Origin: Malacoraja senta
Taxonomy: Eukaryota
Length of the DNA stretch: 64,000 nucleotides
NCBI GenBank assembly: GCA_038087875.1
Contig: CM075992.1
Span: 11,658,001-11,722,000, forward strand
Reading direction: 5' to 3'
The position numbers and the translations under genes were made by a program. The notes beneath the pieces are model-generated. The model was not told where the DNA came from and made no database searches. It saw only the letters and a list, made by a program, of their open reading frames with translations. This document shows positions 12,311-21,929 of this stretch, one piece after another. Position 1 is the first letter of the stretch, and each line of letters begins with the position of its first letter.

Positions 12311-12542
12311 AGGTTTGTTCAGGAACAGCAGCTGGAAATCTGAAATAAATGTAGAAAGTGCTGGAGTTATTCAGCAGGTCAGTCAGAATCTGTGGAGAGG
12401 AAGGAGCTAATATTTCCCAATATTGTTTGGAATTCCATGATGTAGGAGGAATAGCAGGGTGTGAATGAGTCGTGGAAGGAAACCTGTGCCCTTGTCCTTC
12501 TGACTGGAACAAGCTGGCAGAAACTTAGCAGCCTGGGGGAGT

Positions 12543-13650
12543 TAAAACATAGAAAAATGGAAAATAGGTGCCATTTGGCCCTTGGATCATGGCTGATCAT
12601 CAACAATCAGTAACCAGTGCCTGCCTTCCCCCCATATCCCTTGATTCCGCTAGCCCTAGAGCTCCATCTAAAGGGCCTGTCCCACTTACGCGACCTTGGC
12701 TCGCAAATTACGCGACCTCGTGATCGCTTCAGGCATATGGACACCGTATGGCCGCGCGGGGCCGGTCCCACTTAGAAGCGCAGAGTTGTGCGGGGCTGGT
12801 CTCGACATCGCTCGGGGCTCCGAAATTCTGTCAGTGGCAAAAATCTTCGCGCACCAATGGCCTGTCGGCATGCAGGCGCATTGCGGTCGTACGCAGCGTA
12901 TTGACGTCGTACGCAGCTTCTTGACGGCGTACGCAGCATCTTGACGGCGTACGCCTAGCGCATGGCGTTGCGCGATGACGTCACCGCCCGGCGTGGCGTT
13001 GCGTGATGACGTCACCGCCCGACGCCATGCGACGCCCAAATTCAGTCGGCCCGCCGCCTGCCCAGCTGATTGGTAAGCATGACGCAAATGACGTCAGGCA
13101 CGAACTTAGCGTGTACTTAGCGCGTAATTAGCGCGATCTTCGCGTGAACTCCACTTCCGTTTGGTCGCGCCAAACGCACGCAATCGCATTCAAGTGGGAC
13201 AGGCCCTTAACTCTCTTTTAAATTTATCCAGTGAATTGGCCTCCACTGCCCTCTGTGGCAGAGAAGTCCACAAATCACAACGCTCTGGTTGAAAAAGTTT
13301 TTTCTCATCTCAGTTTTAAATGGCCTTCCCTTTATTCTTAGACTGTGGCCCCTGGTTCTGGATTCCCCCAACATTGAGAACATTTTTCCTGCATCTAGCT
13401 TGTCCAGTTCTTTTATAATTTTATATGTTTCTATAAGATATCCTCTCATCCTTCTAAATTCCAATGAATACAAGCCTAATCTTTCAAATATTTCCTCATA
13501 CGACATTCCTGCCATCCCGGGGATTAACCTCGTGAACCTACGCTGCATTGCCTCAATAGCAAGGATGTCCTTCCTCAAATTAGGAGACCAAAACTGCACA
13601 CAATACTCCAGATGTGGTCTCACCAGGATCCTGTACAACTGCAGAAGGAC
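12543..13650 (-). mobile_element. CR1 LINE 3' fragment, interrupted by a MITE and bounded by the Gypsy insertion
   Basis: ORF 13207-13668 LVRPHLEYCVQFWSP...RTRGHSLRI; CR1 3'UTR at 12543-12670. Confidence 0.9.
12672..13207. mobile_element. PIF/Harbinger-type MITE
   Basis: Perfect 16-bp TIR agggcctgtcccactt / aagtgggacaggccct, TAA target duplication 12669-12671 and 13208-13210, CpG-rich interior with short tandem repeats. Confidence 0.92.
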
Positions 13651-13862
13651 TGTAGATGATATGTGCATGTACCTTTAACATAGTGACCTCACCACTCCTA
13701 ACCACTCCCCACATCACCAGTATAATTACAACCGTCCCACCCAGTTCTCTCTCTCTGGTTCCAGTGACAGACCACGGACAGCTAGGGCAGAAACGTATGT
13801 GTATAATGTGTAGTATGAATAAACAGTAGTAAAGAAACAGTGCGTTATGACACATCTTTACA
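13651..13862 (+). repeat. 5' LTR
   Basis: tgtagatg...tttaca, aataaa signal, direct repeat of 15554-15765. Confidence 0.97.
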
Positions 13863-15472
13863 TGGTGTCAGAAGTGGGATTCGAACCCACGCCTCCAATT
13901 GCCGCGTCCCAGTTGCAGCGCATGATGCTACAGCTCCAGCGTTTCACGTTTAAAATTGTGTATCGCAAGGGCAAGGACATGTTCGTGGCCGACACGCTGT
14001 CCCGCGCACCACTAACGTCCACTGATCGCCATCCATATGAATCGTCCGACCTGATGGTGCTTAACGTCAACATCGTGCCTTCCCAGCAAATGCAGTCCCT
14101 GGTCAGCAACACTGCCAAGAACCCTGCCCTGCAGCAGCTTGCCGACGTCATCATGCAGGGCTGGCCAGACCGTCGTTCATCCTTGCTGCCTGGGGCCATG
14201 CCCTACTTCCTGGTCCGTGACGAGCTCGTGCTGCACGACGGCGTGGTCGTGAAGGGACACAAGTTTGTTGTGCCTGCTGCCCTGCAGGACCAATACTTTC
14301 ATACCGCCCACGGCGGTCATCCTGGGGCCGAGGCCACCCTGTCTCAGGCCCAGAGTATGTTCTACTGGCCCGGCATGGCCCAAGACATCCGGGAGAGGGT
14401 CTCCGCTTGCTCGGTCTGCAATAGCCTCGCTCCCCATCAGCAACGGCAGCCGCTTCTGCAACAGCCTGCCCCCGAGCTGCCCTGGATGACCGTCACCGCT
14501 GACATTTTTGAGTGGCGTGGAAAGCATTTCCTGGTTCTTGTGGAGTCATACTCCAGCTGGTTCGAGGTGGACCAGCTGCACTCCCTAACCTCTTCGGCCG
14601 TTATCGGCAAGCTGCGCCGCCACTTCGGAACCCATGGCACCCCGGCAAGTCTTCAATCGGACAACGGCAGCCAGTTCTCGAGCGCAGAATTTCGGAGTTT
14701 CGCTGCCAGTTGGAACTTCCGACACTACACCAGCAGCCCAGAGTACCCTCAAAGCAACGGGTTGGCAGAGCGCGCTGTCCGCAGTGCTAAGGACTTGCTG
14801 GAACATTGTAGACTGTCCCATTCTGATTTTTACTTGGCCCTCCTCAATCTTCGAAACATTTGCCGCGACACTGCCTTGGGCTCCCCAGCTCAACGGCTGA
14901 TGTCTCGCACTACGAGACCTCCGATCCCGGTGACCCAGCGGTCCCTTGTTCCCTCGGTCCTCCGTCCCGCTGCCGTCCAGGAGCGCATTGCCCTCAAACA
15001 AGAAATCCAACAGCGCTCCCACGACAAGTCTTGTCGTCCTCTCCCGCCTCTGCTCTCAGGCCAAGTCGTCCGAATGCAATCCCCCTCCGGTCACCCCAGG
15101 CTTGCCATCGTCGTCGGTACTGCTGGTTCGCCGCGGTCCTACCTTGTCAACCATGACGGTACCATTTACCACCGGTCCCGGCAACATCTGCGGCTTGTTA
15201 ACAAGCCACCACCGCCGCCTGCGGATCCCTTTTCCCCCCCATTGTCGACTACACTGCCTGCCCCCCCGGCCAGTCCTCCCTCGCCTGCCCGTCTTCCCGC
15301 TACTGCTCCTGCTTCCCCTGCTCCTTCTCCGTTTTCTCGTTCTCCTCCCGGTTCCCCGGTTCTCTCCCCTGCGCCGGCTCATGCTCCGCCTGCAGAAGGG
15401 GGGGATGGCGAAATGCGTACCCGGTACGGGCGGGTGTTCAGGCCGCCTATCCGTTATGGTGAAGTTGTTTAA
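13862..15472 (+). CDS. Gypsy integrase ORF (RNase H tail, HHCC zinc finger, DDE core, Pro-rich tail); upstream in-frame ATG at 13847
   Basis: Uninterrupted frame; H..GH...CSVC, TADIF, SDNGSQF, SNGLAERAV motifs. Confidence 0.85.
   Translation: MVSEVGFEPTPPIAASQLQRMMLQLQRFTFKIVYRKGKDMFVADTLSRAPLTSTDRHPYESSDLMVLNVNIVPSQQMQSLVSNTAKNPALQQLADVIMQGWPDRRSSLLPGAMPYFLVRDELVLHDGVVVKGHKFVVPAALQDQYFHTAHGGHPGAEATLSQAQSMFYWPGMAQDIRERVSACSVCNSLAPHQQRQPLLQQPAPELPWMTVTADIFEWRGKHFLVLVESYSSWFEVDQLHSLTSSAVIGKLRRHFGTHGTPASLQSDNGSQFSSAEFRSFAASWNFRHYTSSPEYPQSNGLAERAVRSAKDLLEHCRLSHSDFYLALLNLRNICRDTALGSPAQRLMSRTTRPPIPVTQRSLVPSVLRPAAVQERIALKQEIQQRSHDKSCRPLPPLLSGQVVRMQSPSGHPRLAIVVGTAGSPRSYLVNHDGTIYHRSRQHLRLVNKPPPPPADPFSPPLSTTLPAPPASPPSPARLPATAPASPAPSPFSRSPPGSPVLSPAPAHAPPAEGGDGEMRTRYGRVFRPPIRYGEVV
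13863..13897 (+). promoter_or_regulatory. Extended primer-binding site, complement of the 3' ~35 nt of tRNA-Leu(CAA) including CCA
   Basis: tggtgtcagaagtgggattcgaacccacgcctcca is the reverse complement of tggaggcgtgggttcgaatcccacttctgacacca, the vertebrate tRNA-Leu(CAA) 3' end as recalled. Confidence 0.9.
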
Positions 15473-15553
15473 CTGTTTGCTCACCTGCTCGTAGCGTATG
15501 AGACGTGGTCGCCCTGTCACTTCGGTATTGCTTATTATTTCCAAGGGGAAGGA

Positions 15554-15765
15554 TGTAGATGATATGTACATGTACCTTTAACATAGTGACCTCACCACTA
15601 CTAACCACTCCCCACATCACCAGTATAATTACAACCTTCCCACCCACTTCTCTCTCTCTGGTTCCAGTGACAGACCACGGACAGCTAGGGCAGAAACGTA
15701 TGTGTATAATGTGTAGTATGAATAAACAGTAGTAAAGAAACAGTGCGTTATGACACAACTTTACA
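15554..15765 (+). repeat. 3' LTR
   Basis: Direct repeat of 13651-13862. Confidence 0.97.
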
Positions 15766-16064
15766 GGACCAGTCTCAACTGGGCCGTGGTGAGACCACAT
15801 CTGGAGTTGAGGGGGAGTTAATTGATTTGGGGTAGATGGGTGCCAGGAGGTGAGTCACTAAGTGGGTTATGATTAGTGTTATGGTTGGAATCATGTCACC
15901 ACATTCAAGTCATACATTCATATAGCATAAGAACAGGCCATTCAGCCCACCGCATCCTCACTGACCAGTGGCTACACATCTGGTATTAATCCCATTTCCA
16001 GCACTTGGCCTATAACCTGCTCTACCTAGGTGTTTGAAGTCCTCATCCAAACATTTATTAAATG

Positions 16065-16570
16065 CTATAATTCTTATCTACTGCATCCATTGTCCCCCCC
16101 AATGTGGGCTTCTGAACATTTGCACAATCAAGCGTAGACTCAGTGACGGTTTCGCTGAACACTTGCGCTCAGCCTACTGGATCACGTGGACTTCCCCTTC
16201 CCAACTGACCTTTGTGTCCCAGGCTTCCTCCATTGCCAGAGTGAGGCCACACACAAACTGGAGGAAATTGGGTGGCTTAATATCCAATGGTAATCCAAAA
16301 ATTGAATTATCTATTTTTATGTAAGGTATATAAACACCTCACTCCCCCTTCCCCTTCTTCAAGCCCCCACCCCCACTTCCTCCACTAAAGGTCCATTAAC
16401 CAGCACCGCAGTCCAAAACTATGTATCTGTTTTGTGTTCAGACCTATCTCCAGCCTACAATCAGCTGTTGCTGTCCCTGATTTTTCACTTACCGGTTTTT
16501 CCCTACTCACGTGACTATAATCGGTCTGAACAAGTCCTAGCAATGCTGAGTTAGTCCTACAATTTGTCTC
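16065..16570 (+). mobile_element. Penelope-like GIY-YIG/3' fragment, decayed
   Basis: LIYCIHC..CGLL...KRRLSDGFAEHLRS matches the GIY-YIG motif; related to 4130-4330. Confidence 0.75.
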
Positions 16571-16779
16571 TCTCTACTTATGAAATGCATCTGTGACTTT
16601 GCTCCCACCACTCTCTCAGGCAGTGTGTGCCACTCTCTGAAAATGGCTCCCCTCAGATCCACTTGGTCTATTTTAACTTTTACCTGATCAAAGTTCTCCA
16701 TTTTTATCTATCCTATTTTTGAGTTGAGTTCAACGCAACACACACAGTGTGCAACTGTACGCACCTGACAAGCTTTGCG

Positions 16780-18600
16780 GTGCTCATGGCCCTGGTTGTA
16801 ATAGAGGTACAGTCCGCACGGGCCAGGGTTGTGAGTGGGAGGTGTCTAAAATCATGGGGGCTATAGTTAAGGTGAATAGCCACAGACCGTTCCCCAGGGT
16901 AGGGGTCTAATCCTAAAGGGACAGGCTTAAGGGGGGAGGGGATAAATTGAAATGAGAAACGAAGGGCGACGGTGTACTTATGGAACAGGCTGCCAGAGAA
17001 AGTGGTAGAGGAAGGTACAAGTATGCTACTTAAAAGACACATACAGGTACTTGGATAGGAGAGGTTTGGAGGAATATGGGCAAACACAGGCAAATGGGAC
17101 TAGCTAAGTTAGGCATGGTCAGCATTGTCGAGTTGGGCCGGAGTTCCTGTTTCCTTTCTGTATGGCTCCATGAACCTTTGTGATAGAGTGATAGAGCTAT
17201 ACAGCATGGAAACTGGCTGTTCAGCCTACATTGTCCATGCCAACCAGCTTGGTATTTGGGGCTAGTTCCATTTCCTTAAATATGGCCCACAGCACTCCTA
17301 AACCCTTATATCCTTATATCTGTTCAAAACCCTTTTGGAAGTCCTAATTGTGTCCACTTCTAATGCTTTCTCTGGCAGCTCGTTGCAGATACTGACTCCC
17401 ACTTGAGTGAAAAAGCTGCATCAGGGGATCCTCTTAAACCTCTCCCCTCTTAACTTAAGCCTACGCCCTCTAGTTTTAGTATCCTCTATCTTGGGAGAAA
17501 GACTGAGCCACTAAGGTCACCCCTCAGCCTCTGACATTCCAAAGAAAAAACTCCCAGCCTCTCAAACCTCTCCCTCTATCTCAAGCCAACAAGTCCAGGC
17601 AACATCCTGGAGAATCTCTTCTGTGCCCTTTCCAAAATAGTGACATCCTTCCGGTAGCTGGCAACCAGAACTGCATAGAGTATTCCATTTGTGATCTCAC
17701 CATTGACACGTACAGCTGTATCATGATAAACCACCCATTGTACTGAATACCCTGCCCAATGAAGGCAAGCGTCCCAAATGCTTTCTTCACTACCCCGTCG
17801 ACCTGAACCATTACTCTCAAGGAACCATTCACCGAGATGTTCTTTTAGCTTCAAAATAGTTACGGATAAAGATGGGTGGGGGAGTGGTCACAAGCCTTAC
17901 CTTTCACCCTAACAGGAACATGGTGCCCCTGTGCTCTTGCTATCTCATGTTTGGAAGCCTCCCACTTGCCAGTTCTCCTTACCAGCAAACAGATTCTCCC
18001 CATTGACCTCTGCAACTTGTCACCTCATGGCTCTGAAATGACCTTGCTGCAATTTAGGACCTTAACTTTGAAGTAGTCCTACATAACTACTTTAAAACTA
18101 ATAGAAGTATGGTCCTAAAGTCTCCCCTCCATCCCCACCACTACTGAAACTTGTTCCCTAAGAGAAAGTCCAGTGTTTTACCCTCTCCATAGGCCCCAAG
18201 CAGGGCTTTCTTTGACAGATTTAACCAATTCAATCCTGTCCAGACCCTTTACACCATGGGAAACACAGTCAATTAGGGAAGTTGGAATCTACCACTGATA
18301 CAAACCTATTATTTTTACAGCCACCTGCAATCTCCCAACACATCTCCACTAATTCCCATTGAATATCGGAGGCCTATAATACTGTTCCATCAAAGTGATC
18401 ATTCCCTTCCTGTTTCTAAGTTTTACCCATATAGCCTCACTATATGATACCCCAAGAATACCCTCTCTAAGCACTGTAGTTATCTCCTCCCTGATCAAAA
18501 AGGCAACTTCCCCTACACTCCTCTCTTATCTGCATCTCTATTAGCTCTGTAGCATCTGTTCCCTGTACACACTGAGCTGCCAGTCCCGCCCTTCTCTCCA
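16780..18600. mobile_element. Cluster of old CR1 fragments in both orientations
   Basis: Minus-strand VVKKAFGTLAFI...MEYSMQFW and LERAQKRFSRMLPGL; CR1 3'UTR-like sequence at 16980-17170 on plus. Confidence 0.65.
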
Positions 18601-19354
18601 GGGAATACCCACAAGGAATTCCGGGAACTCACCACTCTCTGTGAGAAGAAATTTCAAGCAACTTAGCTTTATGTGGTGTCCCCTGTCATATAACTATGTC
18701 TCCTTATTCATGTCTCTCCACTGATGGAAACATCTCAATGGCTGCTTGTCAGACCCCGAGGATAATGAACATTTCAATATGATCAGCTGGCATTCTTCTC
18801 AACTCCACCCAATACAGATTCAATTTCTTTAGCTGCTTATAATAACAACCCTCTCAGAGAACCAATCCATTAACTCTTTAGATAGACACAAAATTCTGGA
18901 GTAACTCAGCGGGACAGGCAGGATCTCTGGAAAGAAGAAATGGGTGTCGTTTTGGTTTGTGACCCTTCTTCAGACTGAGAGTCAGAGGAGAGGGAGACAT
19001 AGAGATATGGAAGGGTGCGATGTGACTCCGGCATTTTGTGTTGATCTTTAGTGTAAACCAGCATCTCCAGTTCCTTCCTGCATAATACCCATTAACTATT
19101 TATTTGACTGTCTCTAATACCACTGGATGATTTTTAAATAAAAGAAGCAAAAACTGTGCACAGCTGTGGTAAACAGGGCAGAGGTTCTGCAAATGGAAGA
19201 AGTGATGGGAGGATAGAGGTTATGACCAGTAAATCTTCAAGGAAGGACAGGCAGGAAGAGGTTTAACTGGCTTACTGATGGGAGACAGGGTTATGTGGAG
19301 AGGCTGGAGATCTGTGACCAATAGTGTTCCACAGGGAACTGTGCCGGGACATCT

Positions 19355-19685
19355 GGTGTTTAGTTTATAGTTTAGTTTAGCGATAGAGCGATGAAACAGG
19401 CCCTTCGGCCCTCCGGGTCCATGCCGACCAGAGATCCCTGCACATTAACACTACCCTACACACTAGGGATACATTTACATTTACCAAGCCAATTAACCTA
19501 CTTACCTGTATGACTTTGGAATGCGGGAGAAAACCGAAGATCTGAGAGAAACCCCATGCAGGTCACGGGGGGAACGTACAAACTCTGTACATACAGCACC
19601 CATAGTCGGGATCGAACCTGGATCTCCGGCACTGCGAGCGCTGTAAGGCAGCAACTCTAACTACGCTGTAAGGCTGCCACCCTGC
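19355..19685 (-). mobile_element. tRNA-derived SINE (HE1/V-SINE type)
   Basis: (tttag)n tail, core and head agagttgctgccttacagcg...ccaggttcgatcccgac on minus. Confidence 0.88.
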
Positions 19686-19891
19686 CGCCCTGGTGTTTGC
19701 GATATACATAAATGATTTGGACATAAACATAGATTGGACTTCCAGTGGCGCTATGGAGGCTTGAGTCCAGCGCCAACTAGCTCTGTGCCGAAGAAAACTG
19801 AAACGGGAGAAAAATCGGGTCTTACCTGCAGCGATCGCGATCTGAAAGGCTGCCTGCCGCGTGACGTTATCAGGAGTGCGACTTGGACGGT

Positions 19892-20929
19892 ATGTCGACA
19901 CAACGTTCTCCCCCTCCCCGTGGGATACAAAAAAAACCCGGTAAAGGGAAACCCCCTCCGATGGAAGAGGAAGGCCCAACTGAGGCCTCGGCCTCAGGTA
20001 CAATGACTGCCCAGGAAGAGCCCCCGAAGAAAACAAAACAGAAAAAGACTGAAATGGATGATCTTAAAGCTTTTCTTACTGCCGAATTGAAAACCTTTGG
20101 AGAGAATTTTAAAGAAGAGCTTTACTCTTTTAAGGTAGATTTTAAAGCAGAAATGCTTTCTACCGTTCAAGAAATACTGGAAGTCTGGAAGAGGTCAAGG
20201 GAGGAGGAGGACAAGGAACAGATGGAAGAGCTGGAAGTAAGGATCGCTTCGGTGGAAGCGAGCGTTAAAATGGAGGTGGACCCCATTCATCAAGAACTCG
20301 ATCAACATAGAACAGCAATAACTGAACTTGAGAAATGGGCGGCGACAAGTGCGGAAACTGTAGGTCGACTCATTAATGAAAACCAACGCCTCTCCGAAAT
20401 GGTGATCAAATTAAGTGATAAATGTACCGATTTGGAGGGACGTCAAAGACGTACGAACCTAAGAATTGTAGGGGTGAAAGAAGGAAGTGAGAAGGATATG
20501 GGCACTCGGGATTTTGTGGCAGACCTATTACAAAAAGCCTTAAAATTGGATTACAAACCTTCACTCGGTCGAGCTCATAGAGCGCAGCGACGTCGTACAC
20601 AAGATGAAGCCCACCCAAGACAAATCATCGTAAAGGTACAACTGGATCATGAATTTGACGATATAATGAGGAAAACTGTTCAAGGCGGACAGCTCCTTTT
20701 TAAAGGGGTGAGATTCAGTATTTACCGAGATTATCCGGCAGAAGTCTTCAAGAAAAGAGCGCTGTTCACTGAGACAAAAAGAATACTGAAGAATATACCG
20801 GGTTTGAGATACGGCCTGCTTTATCCCGCAAGACTAAGAGTCTCCTTCAAATCCAAGGAGCTATTTTTTACAGACCACGAAAAAGCACTGGAATACGCCA
20901 AAGAAACCGAGAACTTGACCGTAGACTGA
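19892..20929 (+). CDS. L1 ORF1p (coiled coil, RRM, CTD)
   Basis: DLEGRQRRTNLRIVGVKEG, RAHR, IYRDYPAEV, YPARLRV motifs; first ATG at 19892. Confidence 0.95.
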   Translation: MSTQRSPPPRGIQKKPGKGKPPPMEEEGPTEASASGTMTAQEEPPKKTKQKKTEMDDLKAFLTAELKTFGENFKEELYSFKVDFKAEMLSTVQEILEVWKRSREEEDKEQMEELEVRIASVEASVKMEVDPIHQELDQHRTAITELEKWAATSAETVGRLINENQRLSEMVIKLSDKCTDLEGRQRRTNLRIVGVKEGSEKDMGTRDFVADLLQKALKLDYKPSLGRAHRAQRRRTQDEAHPRQIIVKVQLDHEFDDIMRKTVQGGQLLFKGVRFSIYRDYPAEVFKKRALFTETKRILKNIPGLRYGLLYPARLRVSFKSKELFFTDHEKALEYAKETENLTVD

Positions 20930-21929
20930 AGAATTTACTTTATGTCTTAGGAGTCAAGGACTAACAGGACCGCCAGATCTAAAAGGACCTTTAAAGTTCT
21001 TTTAAGAGCTTTAAGGCCATTCGAAAACCGAAATGGACGGAGAACATTGGAGAAAATCGGGATCTTTGTATTGTTTATTTTTTTATTTTATTAATTTTAC
21101 TAGTCATTGTTATAATCTGTATACTCACACCTAACTACAACTAATACTTATTTAATATCCACATTACTACTAAAATTATTAACATTAACTTCTCTCATAA
21201 AAATTTAATACTGTATTGATGGATAACAATGATTAATAATTAATAGTCTTTGATTAAGGTAGAGATGAATTACATACTTAGATTATATAAGAGGATATGC
21301 AAGAGGTAAATTTGCCTAGGTCATAATAAAACTTGACGGTTTTCCTCTTTGATTTTCAAATCAAAATTAAATTTATAGATTTAGCGAAGAAAATAATATA
21401 ACATGTAGAGAACAATAACGTTGTGAATTTTTGCTGTTCTTGAGTTTGTCTGCAGGGATACGTGCTTGTAAATGTACGCACATGGGTATATATACATATT
21501 TATATGTATGTATGGTGTGTGTGTGTAGGTATGGGTATGTATATAAGTTTGTTACTCCCAAAGAAGTTATTTGAATGTTAGAAATAATCTTTTTTTTTTT
21601 TTCTTCGGGCACGGAGCTGGGAATTTTTTTTTTTACAAAGGCTACGGAAGTCTTTAGAATTCTAGCCACGTTAGTGTGGCTATCACTAACTACACTAATT
21701 GTAGATGTAGTTCTTTTTCTTTCACCCTTTACTAATCAACTCTATCACTTCTTTCACTTTAAATATTTTTATAACTCAACGTTTGAATGGAAAAACAAGT
21801 CTAATACAAGGAGATGTGTTCGGAAGAGCGATGTATATGATTTTATATTCATCTATCTGAAGCTCGGTAGCAGGATCAGGTTCTACGTGTTGTACTCTCT
21901 GCTCGGCTATAGACCACCTTAGAAACAAT

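Larger units (their letters stand above)
13651..15765 (+). mobile_element. Internally deleted Gypsy LTR element (LTR - extended PBS - RNase H tail/integrase - PPT - LTR)
   Basis: Two 212-bp TG...CA LTRs with 5 mismatches, 4-bp TSD ggac (13647-13650, 15766-15769), PPT aaggggaagga before 15554. Confidence 0.97.

Noticed and set aside
9630..13207. CpG islands or promoters at 9630-10294 and 12672-13207
   Set aside because: Both are the interiors of TIR/TSD-bounded MITEs
13863..13900. tRNA-Leu gene on the minus strand
   Set aside because: Only the 3' part is present, it includes the post-transcriptional CCA and sits at the PBS position
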